In this document: positions 18,837 through 28,171 of the stretch, piece after piece | Position numbering within the stretch: the stretch's first letter is position 1 | Layout: the number at the start of each line of letters is the position of its first letter | Source of the DNA: a virus | IMG/VR virus record: IMGVR_UViG_3300033153_016035 | Location: 1-64,000 of that record | DNA: 64,000 nt | Strand: one strand, 5' to 3' | Made by a program: the position numbers and the translations under genes | Notes under the pieces: model-generated | Told to the model about the DNA's origin: nothing | Database searches by the model: none | What the model saw: only the letters and a program-made list of their open reading frames with translations

Positions 18837-19721
18837 CTACAACTTCCCAATAAAATTATTCACGAAAGCGATCGGATATTTCTCTGTTTCAAGGAGGTTC
18901 CAATTTTCCATTTCTTCATAAGGTTTAAGGACTTTGGAAAAATCGGATACTTCCCTTAGAAACTTTATGGTTGTCCGATAATCATTTATACCCCCCTTAT
19001 TCATCTTTCGGTTGATGTACGATGGGTGGTACGTATAGCCTATATATAGACGCCCCGGGACAATCGGGTGGAGTATGTCTCGGTGTTGCTGTTTGGGCTT
19101 ATCCCAAAACAACGATGCTGCCACACTCCCCAGGCAGACTATGATGTTGGGTTTAATGTTTTTAAGGAGAAGCCATAGTCTTGAGGCGCAAGCTAAACAT
19201 TCCCCCATACGAGGCTCTGTTCTCTCTACGGTTTTGGGTCCGTCTTTGGGAACACATCCCACGGTGTTAATTGAAATTCTACGATCGTGGAACCCAGATT
19301 TTTTGAACATGAGATTTAAACAGTCCCCCGAAACCCCCACGAAGGGAAACCCACTTAAATTTTCTTCATTTCCGGGGCATTGACCCATAAAAACCACCGT
19401 GGCGTCTTCGGGTGCGCCAATCAAAGGGGCACTATGGGATACAACATGTTCCCTATAATGGGCTAATTGGCACCGCTGGCAATGTTTGTATAGAAGTTCT
19501 ACCCCCGCCACGGAGTCGTAAGGGGCAATTAACCTCTGGGGGAAGATGTTTTCATACACCGTTGTTTGTACAATGGTTTCCCATACTGGAATCCCCCTCA
19601 CCACGGCACTGACGGGCTGTAGACTAGCAGAAAAGTTGTGATAAGTTTTGTACCCCAACGTCCTATTGGCCCTTTGTTTTATGGATTCACAGAGCGTTGC
19701 ATAAGTAAAAAATTTTTTCAT
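18837..19721 (-). CDS. Uracil-DNA glycosylase, family 4-like (4Fe-4S)
   Basis: CQRC, GQCPGNEE...PFVG.SG, NTVGC.P, EC.AC, IVCLG..A and TYHPSY motifs. Confidence 0.9.
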   Translation of the reverse strand: MKKFFTYATLCESIKQRANRTLGYKTYHNFSASLQPVSAVVRGIPVWETIVQTTVYENIFPQRLIAPYDSVAGVELLYKHCQRCQLAHYREHVVSHSAPLIGAPEDATVVFMGQCPGNEENLSGFPFVGVSGDCLNLMFKKSGFHDRRISINTVGCVPKDGPKTVERTEPRMGECLACASRLWLLLKNIKPNIIVCLGSVAASLFWDKPKQQHRDILHPIVPGRLYIGYTYHPSYINRKMNKGGINDYRTTIKFLREVSDFSKVLKPYEEMENWNLLETEKYPIAFVNNFIGKL

Positions 19722-19746
19722 AAAATACTCCTCAGGTCAGCCGCCC

Positions 19747-19774
19747 ATTTTAACACTTTATATTTTTATGTCAA
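19747..19774 (-). promoter_or_regulatory. Sigma70-type promoter upstream of UDG gene
   Basis: TTGACA-N16-TAAAAT with TGn extended -10, AT-rich upstream tract, and GAGGAG RBS downstream. Confidence 0.72.
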
Positions 19775-19897
19775 GATTTAATTTAAAAAAAATGTGTCCT
19801 GTTTGGTGTGGGGTTTGTGGGCAGAATGTGATTGAAGTAAAGCCGGGTACATCCCCCCGGCAGGGTGCGTCAACAGGTGTTGAATAGGTGTTAAACG

Positions 19898-20251
19898 CTA
19901 AACCGCAGCAACCGCTGCGGAGATCGCCGCTTTAACCAAAGAAGCAATAAGCGTTATCCCCGCCCGCTGAACTGCGGTCCAAAATATATCTTTAACTGGG
20001 AAATATTTAGCAATGGTAAGATTGACAATAGTAGCATTAACAATCTCAATCTCTGTTTTTGTGTCTGCGCCGGCCAGGGATTTAACAGTGAGCGTCGCGG
20101 CATCTTTTGCTACAAGTTTTATCAGCTCGAGATCTTCTTTTGTCATCTCGTCTTTTGCCGGACCTATATGAAGCAAAAAGTCCTGTATAATTTCCGCTTG
20201 AAGCTTTGACACATTAAGCTCAGTCATTTGAGGTTGTGCCGTTTCTGCCAT
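19898..20251 (-). CDS. Hypothetical protein with hydrophobic C-terminal helix
   Basis: Ends in AGITLIASLVKAAISAAVAAV. The ATG directly abuts the upstream TAA. Confidence 0.65.
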   Translation of the reverse strand: MAETAQPQMTELNVSKLQAEIIQDFLLHIGPAKDEMTKEDLELIKLVAKDAATLTVKSLAGADTKTEIEIVNATIVNLTIAKYFPVKDIFWTAVQRAGITLIASLVKAAISAAVAAV

Positions 20252-20512
20252 TTATTTCCCTTCCACTGATTTTTCGGCGCTTGTGATCCTTTGACGCCAG
20301 GAGTCTATAAGACGCGTGCGGCGGTCCTTTTTGTCTTTAGGAAGTTTCGACGTCGCCAACCACTTTAAATAGTCTACCGAGACAACGGCAAAAGTTAGAC
20401 GGTCGGCTATTACATACGTTTTAAGTTCGGGGCTGGTTCCGCAAGAGCACAGCCCGAAGACTACGAGTACAAGAAGAGGTAATTTAAAAGTTAGCGTAAC
20501 CTTTTTCAACAT
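20252..20512 (-). CDS. Putative lipoprotein (possible lysis accessory)
   Basis: Basic N-terminus, hydrophobic stretch and lipobox-like GLCSC/G. AGGAG RBS. Confidence 0.65.
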   Translation of the reverse strand: MLKKVTLTFKLPLLVLVVFGLCSCGTSPELKTYVIADRLTFAVVSVDYLKWLATSKLPKDKKDRRTRLIDSWRQRITSAEKSVEGK

Positions 20513-20529
20513 CTGATTCTCCTAAATAG

Positions 20530-21015
20530 TTAAGGTAAATGTTTTATAAGAAATGTCGGAACTTCCGGAAACAGAATAGTTTCACCTGGTATTGTTGACA
20601 CTTCTGCCTCTAGGGCATTGTGCTGAATACGCAAGTTCTCTCTAAAGCTTTCTAGGTCGGTATACTCTAACTCGGTAAATTTAGTGCTGGCTATCAAACT
20701 TTTTTCTACCAGATGTTTTTGGGACAGGTGCCGAAGTACAAGCATATCTAGCTTGTCTAATGCCTGTACAATTTGCTCGGCGAGAGCCAAGATCATTTTT
20801 CTCTTTTCGGCGTTCTCCGACACGGAAGTAATAATTGAGTTTACTAGGGTGTTATTACTCTCTGTTGCCTCTATTTGTAGGGTCAGAGAAACTGAGGGAG
20901 CGGTAGAGGATTCCCTCCTACAGAGAATTTTGTCATCCGTAATAGCCAATTGTTTTTTAAGCTGTTGGCATATATCCAATTCAGCAATTGGCGACGGAAA
21001 AGTTTTTACTATCAT
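20530..21015 (-). CDS. Hypothetical protein, possible tail-fibre assembly chaperone
   Basis: Follows the tail fibre gene. The C-terminal pattern D...LRH..Q.......Y..L..FR..LR......FPE.P resembles fibre chaperones. Confidence 0.45.
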   Translation of the reverse strand: MIVKTFPSPIAELDICQQLKKQLAITDDKILCRRESSTAPSVSLTLQIEATESNNTLVNSIITSVSENAEKRKMILALAEQIVQALDKLDMLVLRHLSQKHLVEKSLIASTKFTELEYTDLESFRENLRIQHNALEAEVSTIPGETILFPEVPTFLIKHLP

Positions 21016-22337
21016 TAGGCTATTTCCATTAAAATAAGGACATTACCGTTTATGCTATTGGCGCTATTGACGTGGAAGGCGGTGCCTGGGTTTTGTGATG
21101 ATACTTGCAACGAGTAAGTAACCGGAGCTGCGGTACCGGGGGAATCTACAAAACCCATAGACATCGGATGCCCCGTGTTATTGTTGGAAACTCCGTGACC
21201 CCCATAGGCTTTAGTTTGGGCCATGTGGGCAGCACCACGAACGATGTCTAAATACGCAAAAGTGTTGGTATTGGAATTAAAGTGGCAGTTGGTAAAACCT
21301 AAAACTAAAATTCTATGCCCAGCACTAGATGGTGTTATAGCTCCGGATACTACAGGAACCCACGCAATACCTACAGGGTACAAGTAAGCGGAATTGTTAT
21401 AGATTAAGACTTGCTTAATCTTACCGCCGGTAACGGCTAAGGCCGCATCCAACTTCCCAATACCTGTATCTAACGGGTCACCCACCCCAATATAGGTGTG
21501 TGTGGTCCACGGGGAGTAATCGGGCAGTGCTTGACTTAAGTTGTCTTTCCCCGCGTATTGCTTGATGCGATTTAACTCTGTGTCTATATATGCTATTGCT
21601 TGCGTCAGGGCATCGCCATCAGTAATGGCATATTCTGGAGCGCCCTTAGCACCGTATAATGGACTACTCTGGCTTACGTTATCTTTACCCGAAAATGTCT
21701 TGATGCGCTCCGCTTCCTTATCTAACCGCCCGGCGGCTTCGGTCAGGTGTTGACCATCGGCTACGGCATACTCCGGCGCGGTGTGCAGCGTGTATTCCGG
21801 GGAGTGACTACCCCTGCCATGCACTTCCTTGCCGGTGTACTCTTCGTGGTATCGACTCTCAAGACTCAGCTTAGATAGGGCTTCATGGGGCTTGTCGCCG
21901 TCGTCTATACTGTATTCGTCAGAAAAATCGGAGTCAAAAAGAAAATTGAGTTTAGGTCTAAAATCCGTGATATCCGCCTCGGTCACCACAACGCTTCCGG
22001 CCTCGTTAACAAAAACATAAGCTACCGGGTAAGAGTGGGGTGGCGGTTGTGGGGCGCCAGTGTACATAGGAACGGTACTAAACTGGTTACTCCCCGGAGT
22101 CACATTAACTACCCCATTGAAGTCAAGCCACACTAGATCCCACCGGACGTGGTCTGCCGTTGGGACTACACTAAAGCCAACGGTGAGTTGGTCGGCTTTT
22201 TGTATAAGCTGACCCTCGACTTTAATCCACCCGGCGCGAACCAACATTTGGTTTCCCGGGGGTTCTTCCGCAACAGGCTCAAAAAACTGGAGGGGGCCAA
22301 TGTCCACTTGTCTACGATGTAACTGATCTAAAGTCAT
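21015..22337 (-). CDS. Tail fibre / receptor-binding protein
   Basis: N-terminal RWDLV anchor motif, 46-48 aa internal repeats and a C-terminal beta domain (GKIKQV...DSPGT..VTYSLQ). Confidence 0.75.
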   Translation of the reverse strand: MTLDQLHRRQVDIGPLQFFEPVAEEPPGNQMLVRAGWIKVEGQLIQKADQLTVGFSVVPTADHVRWDLVWLDFNGVVNVTPGSNQFSTVPMYTGAPQPPPHSYPVAYVFVNEAGSVVVTEADITDFRPKLNFLFDSDFSDEYSIDDGDKPHEALSKLSLESRYHEEYTGKEVHGRGSHSPEYTLHTAPEYAVADGQHLTEAAGRLDKEAERIKTFSGKDNVSQSSPLYGAKGAPEYAITDGDALTQAIAYIDTELNRIKQYAGKDNLSQALPDYSPWTTHTYIGVGDPLDTGIGKLDAALAVTGGKIKQVLIYNNSAYLYPVGIAWVPVVSGAITPSSAGHRILVLGFTNCHFNSNTNTFAYLDIVRGAAHMAQTKAYGGHGVSNNNTGHPMSMGFVDSPGTAAPVTYSLQVSSQNPGTAFHVNSANSINGNVLILMEIA

Positions 22338-22346
22338 AATTTTTCC

Positions 22347-23192
22347 CTATGCTAATTTCCTATTAACAAAGTAAACAACATCATCCTTGTTAAGGGAAAA
22401 GCCTATTAGAATAATCCCCTTGGAAGACGCCCCTATTGTAGACTCATAGTATGCTCTATTATATACTAGCCGTTGCCCGCGTAGGAATACATCGAGTTGT
22501 TTGGTACCGGGGGTAAAATCTATGGGGACAATAACCTCTGTCTCGCCCCCTACCGGAGAGATGTAAACATAGTCTTCTACCACAGAAGAGGAACCCATAA
22601 GGGATACACCAGAACACCCGTCGTTGTGTTCCCGAACCGAATAAGATATTGCCCAGGTAAACTTCAGGGAGAAGGATGCCAGTTTAGTTATAGGCTCAAA
22701 GGTCTTTCGGGCAAAGAGTACGCCGGTCCCAAATGGGTCGGTGTACAATCCGGCCTCTGTGAAGTCATAGCCATTGGCTTCGGTCCCAAGCCACAGTGCC
22801 TCATGTATCGCCGTTTTACCTGATACCGAATTGACTGTAGCCTTTCTCTCTCCTGTTGTTTGTTGCAACGAGGTGTCAAGTAAGTCGGGGGCTTTAGGGG
22901 GGCTTGGGTCTCCTAACTCTATATAGTTTATGCTACGAAGACCTATAGACATGTACGCCATAAGACCCTCTGCCTGCTGGACTATCATATTCTTATCTTC
23001 GTGTAAGACCTCCGTCATTCCATCGGTATAAACTGCTTCAATTTTTAGTCGCCCCACCGGTATCGGCGCGGCGTCTTGTTGCCCAAGACACTTTTCAAAT
23101 CGGGACTCACCTACTTTTACCGCATTTTGCTGCTTACCCCGAAGAAGCAGTTTTTTAAACAGTTTACGATTTTCATCGAAGTTTTGTTTCAT
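22347..23192 (-). CDS. Baseplate/tail-fibre attachment protein
   Basis: NMIV..., EANG..FTEAGLY...LFARKTF.PITK motif typical of fibre-attachment proteins. Confidence 0.7.
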   Translation of the reverse strand: MKQNFDENRKLFKKLLLRGKQQNAVKVGESRFEKCLGQQDAAPIPVGRLKIEAVYTDGMTEVLHEDKNMIVQQAEGLMAYMSIGLRSINYIELGDPSPPKAPDLLDTSLQQTTGERKATVNSVSGKTAIHEALWLGTEANGYDFTEAGLYTDPFGTGVLFARKTFEPITKLASFSLKFTWAISYSVREHNDGCSGVSLMGSSSVVEDYVYISPVGGETEVIVPIDFTPGTKQLDVFLRGQRLVYNRAYYESTIGASSKGIILIGFSLNKDDVVYFVNRKLA

Positions 23193-23197
23193 ATAAC

Positions 23198-23629
23198 CTA
23201 TCCTACAACGATAATTTTTCCTGAAACTGGCGCCGTGTGTGTTACAACAACCCGATTTTCATTAGCATGTTCAATCTTACCGGGATAAATTACCTCGCCT
23301 GTTGCCAGTTCCACACACTGCACAAGAGGTTCCACACCAAGATTATGGTCGAATAACCAGATTACTAGGCTAGTAAAACTTTTCTCTTTCCTTTGTGTTG
23401 CCGCACCACTGCTAATATTACCTATTAAAGTTCGCCAGGTGCTCCAGTATAGTTGAAGCGCAACCTGAGCCCCTTCGGGAGCGTAGATGCGCAGCATACC
23501 ATCTCGTGGATCTTCTGGCTGATCCGCCTGCGACGTGGCATTTGTAGTTGCTAATGCTTCCAACAGATTCCGTATGTCTTTAGCCTTAACGGCCTTATGA
23601 TCTACCGGAATTCCAAATTTAAATCCCAT
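23198..23629 (-). CDS. Virion structural protein (baseplate/fibre region)
   Basis: W...HNLG..P.VQ motif and position in the tail module. Confidence 0.6.
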   Translation of the reverse strand: MGFKFGIPVDHKAVKAKDIRNLLEALATTNATSQADQPEDPRDGMLRIYAPEGAQVALQLYWSTWRTLIGNISSGAATQRKEKSFTSLVIWLFDHNLGVEPLVQCVELATGEVIYPGKIEHANENRVVVTHTAPVSGKIIVVG

Positions 23630-23644
23630 AGTTATACCCCGAAC

Positions 23645-24859
23645 CTACCAATATTGCGTGGGAGTCGCATCCGAGAACTCCACAATTAGCTTATCACTGA
23701 TTGAGCACAACGAGACTCTTTCTTCCATAATAACATTTAGGTCGTCATCACCGACCAAAGTATTTTTTTCTACTACAAGATCCAAGTCTTGAGCCCCGAG
23801 GCCAACATCTGCTGCGTAGAACCGGTACTCGGCACTACGTACGTCTCTTCCAAGTCGTGGCCCGCAGTGCAAACCATCGGTAGCAAAGTCGTTTATTTGT
23901 TCTGGCGCATCTAGCACTAGAATAATAAGACGGAGGAGAACATGGATTGGTCGCACTTCTTCCGCCCGAAGGAGGAGCCGGTCCAATACCGCCTGATCGA
24001 ACGTATGTGTCCCCGATTCCTCCTGAAGGAAAATAAAAAATTCCAAATCTGCTCGAGCGGCTCTATATGGAAATTCTCCGGTGACCTTATCGTATGAGGC
24101 TAAAACATCAGTACCGGCCGTATTCTCCAAGGTGAGATTGTATTCACCTTTAGGGTAGTTAAAGGAACCAACACTGCCATCTTGTGCCAATAAACCCCCA
24201 AAATTTTCCCCTAAGGAGTTATCATCATCACGAAACACTTTGCCGTCAACTTTGATGGTAATAGACCCGGGGCGAACCGGTTTTTCGACAAAAGAACCGA
24301 CGTAATACTTTGATCCAGATGGGCCCAGTAACTCATCTTCCACCGTGGCGACCTCGTACCGCTCCCGACTGTATTCCTCATTTGCCTCAAAAATTTGTTT
24401 TTTCCACAGTGGAATGGCTTTAACCTGCCAACCAATCATACGATAGAAAATGTCCCAGGAGAGTTCTCTTCCACGGATCTTATTAAGGTCAATTACACTT
24501 TTTATCACCTCTCGTTTTTTTGCCTCTTCTAGTCCTTCCTCAAGCGGATGACCCAGACTCCTGGCCATAATATTGAGGAAGTCTGCGGGACACTTATCCG
24601 GGTCTACCAAGTCCGGCAGCTTGTCTATAAACTCAACATCCTTACTTTCCTCTTTTTCGATGGCGAAGAAGACATTTTTCAAAACGGGGACCACCCCCAT
24701 TTCATCCCACAAGGCCCCCTCGTCCCATTTTAATAGTGGGTCATCCCAAAAGTGTATGTAAGACTCTACACCGTTCTCCTGATCCTCTTTTAGTACCCTC
24801 GGAAAGAGGTGTTTATATAATTCTATTCGCAGGTGGTTTGTTAATCTTTCATCGGTCAT
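23645..24859 (-). CDS. Baseplate wedge protein (P2 gpI / T4 gp7-like)
   Basis: DPDKCPADFL..MA..LG...R..IK....L.KIRG and C-terminal VRPIHV motifs. Follows the gp6/gpJ-like gene. Confidence 0.8.
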   Translation of the reverse strand: MTDERLTNHLRIELYKHLFPRVLKEDQENGVESYIHFWDDPLLKWDEGALWDEMGVVPVLKNVFFAIEKEESKDVEFIDKLPDLVDPDKCPADFLNIMARSLGHPLEEGLEEAKKREVIKSVIDLNKIRGRELSWDIFYRMIGWQVKAIPLWKKQIFEANEEYSRERYEVATVEDELLGPSGSKYYVGSFVEKPVRPGSITIKVDGKVFRDDDNSLGENFGGLLAQDGSVGSFNYPKGEYNLTLENTAGTDVLASYDKVTGEFPYRAARADLEFFIFLQEESGTHTFDQAVLDRLLLRAEEVRPIHVLLRLIILVLDAPEQINDFATDGLHCGPRLGRDVRSAEYRFYAADVGLGAQDLDLVVEKNTLVGDDDLNVIMEERVSLCSISDKLIVEFSDATPTQYW

Positions 24860-27801
24860 ATGTTCACCGGTATATTTATTTCAGTAAGGTTCACAGTGGC
24901 AAATGTCGGCATTATGTAATGCGCTACGGGAATATTTTTACAATGGGACTTGACGAAAGAATCATACGTTATGTTCATACGACGCCCGCTAATATCAGGT
25001 GCGTTCATATCTATTATAAAACGCCCACTAAGATAATCTAATCTTGTCGCCGGATAGACCCCGGCAACATCCCCGTAAATTCGACCCTCCCCATCCGAGA
25101 ATACTATCTTTTCATAAGGCCCGCCGGACCCTATAAAAGCAGAGAAAGGTGTGTAGAGAAAAAGAGCCGTGGGAGTTACATCTAACCGAAAATCCGGACC
25201 GGAAGCCACTTCCGGGGCCGCCTGGAAAGTCACCTTACCCCGTGAAACCAGAAGGGACGGGTCGTGATAAACAATAGTATTATCGGTGGAAACATTCAGA
25301 CTTTCTCCGTCTATAAGCCCTTTACCATTGTCGTACCCGTTCTTGAAAGTAACCGCTGGTGTCGATAAGTCCTCAAACCAAAATTTTGATCTACCGATAC
25401 CCTCCACCGTTTGGAGCGAAACAAGACTACCTCCCCCGCCGGAGGCTGTACGAACTTCAAATTCAAATTCCTTTTCTAGGCCGTCAGGGGCTGTAAGAAG
25501 GTAGCCAAAGTAATTAACCGGGGTTACGGGCGGTGGCATGGTATTCCAGGTAAGAGAAAAACGGCCCGTTTCGTAATCAATCTCCCCGGTAGCGTCTATA
25601 GTGAAACTCCCATATCCGTCGTCTAAGGCCAAAAGTTGTCCACCGGTTTGTGCTCCATAATTGTCATATCCACCTATAAACGCCACCCGGTTTTTTGCGT
25701 ATGGGAGAAACTCTGTAGGAAGGTACCCGGTTATGGTAAGACCGTCACTTAAACCAACCTGCCGCCGCTGTATCACCGGTGCGAATTCGACCAGGCCGTC
25801 CAGAGTATTTCCCTCATCCACTACTTTAGTTGTGGTATTTTCCATGAATGCGTATATCCGACACTCTGCCGTAACAAATCGTCCACCCTCCGGGGCTGCG
25901 CTAAAATTAGCTACAAAATGCCCCCGGGAATAGCCGATGGTGTTTGTCTTTGTATCATCTATATCACCAACCAGTAAGCCTCCGCCGTCGTCCGTTATAA
26001 CTTGATCCCCATCGGTTATCATGAATGATGTGGGTACCACTGACATGCCGTCGGGCACGGGAAAGTACTCGGAAAATTCTTGTTTACTGTCGTCCCCGAC
26101 CCCAAGGTCTAACTCACTAAACCGGGAACCTTGTACTCGAGTTAAAGTGGACGCGTCAATATGCTCATGATCTTGAATCTTTTCATTTATAAGTGAGAGT
26201 ATCAGGTCGGTGCCTGGGACCACATAAGTGGAATTAAAGTGCTGATATAACTCCTGAGTTACTTTTTCCAGTACGGAAGATACAGTGCGACCAGGCTTTA
26301 AATAGACCTCAGCGTCAATATCAAAGTAGAGTACATCTCCGTCGATTATTTCTAAATAGGTACAAATGGTACGACGGGAGTCAAGATATGACTTGACTCC
26401 TTGTTTTAAGGGGGAACTGGCTGTCGTTATTCTTCCTTGCGCGTCCCTACTCCAAAGCACAATCTGCACCATATTTAATTCTGGAACTCTTTGTTTAAGT
26501 CGCGCTATGGCAAATGACGGAGCGCCATAAATTGCGTCACGGTAGGACATAGCCAGCGTAGTGAAATGCTCTTGAGTTACAGCCTTGTTGTTAGTCTTAG
26601 CAAACCGTGGGGCCATTCTTTTTATACTGTCTAAAGATTCTTCGGGTTCCCCACCGGACCCGGCCTCATTATTATAAGCCCGGACATTTACGGTATTTCC
26701 AGAGGGTAAGTAGCCTTTTACTACAACGTCTATTCCGCCACGTCGCACATTGCCAACAACGCCCCCAGAGACCCTATAATATGCCGCGATTACGGCTCCA
26801 TCAGGTGGTATCTGGCCGTCAGCCCCATCACCAAATCTTATGACCGCCGTACCATCAGCGGCGTAGTTTGCCACAAACCGTCTTTGCGTTGCCGTTATTT
26901 GATACAAAACATCAATAACACTATCTTGTACCGGAGCGGCCCCTTCAACGGAAGCACCGAAGTGGACAAAGGTCTCTCCGTCTTGATTTTTTGTGGCACG
27001 AAATTCTTTTGGGGCGCCCGTGAATTCAACCACAAGTTTCCATAACTCCCCACTTACCATAACGACTATAACATCCTCGTCTGATGGCTCTATGAGGACA
27101 TTAAGGAGTGATAATTGGTACCTTTGGTTATCCAGTCCAGAGCTAAGATAGGTATCCCGACCGTGGCCCGACCCTTCTATGACTAAAAGAGACTCTGTCT
27201 CTTCCCACACCACGTCTAAAATCTCAATTCGTATGGAGTCCTGGAGAATGGTAGTATGAGAAAGCTGAAAATACTGTAAGGCGCTGCCATCTGAAACAAA
27301 CTCCTCCGATAATGTTTCCCCCTGCACAAAGGTTATTATCTCAGTAGACGCTGCATTTGGAAATACAGCACTTCCGGCAGGTATAACATAATCTGAAGCC
27401 GCCTCAAAAGTTAAATTGTCTTCAAGTTGTAACTTTTCCCCTTGTCGTACCGTTATGGGGGCCGTTTGTGGCGGACTTGGGTACAAGGTTATGGGGACAG
27501 AGGCCGAGGTGGTAAGGCGCCTTCTGTATCCAAGTTGTTTAGCTACAGCAATAATGGCCTCCGGCAGAGTGGCCGACTCCAGATAGCAATTGAGTGCTTG
27601 CATATCATAATAAAATGCCCGCTGGGCATGTGCCCAGGCCACCACGTCCACAACCGCCATACCCACTGATGTATCAACAAACTCCTTCCAATCTTTTTCA
27701 AACCGTATCTTTATCCAATTCAAAAGTGCGGTTCTTACGGATTGGAAGTCCCTTTCGACAAAAGAAATTACTGGATCAGAACTCATATCAACCTCGTACA
27801 A
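24856..27801 (-). CDS. Baseplate wedge protein (T4 gp6 / P2 gpJ-like), extended
   Basis: RDFQS.R..L, A.QLGY, IRFGDG..G.IP and GG.PEESLDSIK..AP...AVT motifs. Confidence 0.92.
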   Translation of the reverse strand: MYEVDMSSDPVISFVERDFQSVRTALLNWIKIRFEKDWKEFVDTSVGMAVVDVVAWAHAQRAFYYDMQALNCYLESATLPEAIIAVAKQLGYRRRLTTSASVPITLYPSPPQTAPITVRQGEKLQLEDNLTFEAASDYVIPAGSAVFPNAASTEIITFVQGETLSEEFVSDGSALQYFQLSHTTILQDSIRIEILDVVWEETESLLVIEGSGHGRDTYLSSGLDNQRYQLSLLNVLIEPSDEDVIVVMVSGELWKLVVEFTGAPKEFRATKNQDGETFVHFGASVEGAAPVQDSVIDVLYQITATQRRFVANYAADGTAVIRFGDGADGQIPPDGAVIAAYYRVSGGVVGNVRRGGIDVVVKGYLPSGNTVNVRAYNNEAGSGGEPEESLDSIKRMAPRFAKTNNKAVTQEHFTTLAMSYRDAIYGAPSFAIARLKQRVPELNMVQIVLWSRDAQGRITTASSPLKQGVKSYLDSRRTICTYLEIIDGDVLYFDIDAEVYLKPGRTVSSVLEKVTQELYQHFNSTYVVPGTDLILSLINEKIQDHEHIDASTLTRVQGSRFSELDLGVGDDSKQEFSEYFPVPDGMSVVPTSFMITDGDQVITDDGGGLLVGDIDDTKTNTIGYSRGHFVANFSAAPEGGRFVTAECRIYAFMENTTTKVVDEGNTLDGLVEFAPVIQRRQVGLSDGLTITGYLPTEFLPYAKNRVAFIGGYDNYGAQTGGQLLALDDGYGSFTIDATGEIDYETGRFSLTWNTMPPPVTPVNYFGYLLTAPDGLEKEFEFEVRTASGGGGSLVSLQTVEGIGRSKFWFEDLSTPAVTFKNGYDNGKGLIDGESLNVSTDNTIVYHDPSLLVSRGKVTFQAAPEVASGPDFRLDVTPTALFLYTPFSAFIGSGGPYEKIVFSDGEGRIYGDVAGVYPATRLDYLSGRFIIDMNAPDISGRRMNITYDSFVKSHCKNIPVAHYIMPTFATVNLTEINIPVNI

Positions 27802-28171
27802 AATCTATAGGTGCTTGCTCTTGCTTCTCATTTACATCATTACGGTCCTGATAACCGATCCAAATGGTGACCTTGTGTTCCCCGTCTTCTCTAGCTATAG
27901 ATACTGACGTTACTTTTATACGGGGCTCCTGGTCCTCTAAATCGTGGATGGCATAGTATAAAATAAGGTTCATTGTGGCATCGTCTAAAGGATCAAATAT
28001 TAACAAGGGGATATACGAACCCAATTCTGGGTTGTACACCACGGTGTTTTTAGGGGTAGACAAAATTATTTGAATGGAAGTTTTTATTGACTCTCTTCGG
28101 GTCTTATCTCCCAGAACCCCCTTCACTGAATTCTTAAATGGGAACGCCGGGCCGGCAAGCTGCATTGTCAT
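27788..28171 (-). CDS. Baseplate wedge / sheath initiator (T4 gp25 / gpW-like)
   Basis: FPF...SI..ILST......PELGS....L.FDP...EPRI motif. Confidence 0.9.
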   Translation of the reverse strand: MTMQLAGPAFPFKNSVKGVLGDKTRRESIKTSIQIILSTPKNTVVYNPELGSYIPLLIFDPLDDATMNLILYYAIHDLEDQEPRIKVTSVSIAREDGEHKVTIWIGYQDRNDVNEKQEQAPIDFVRG

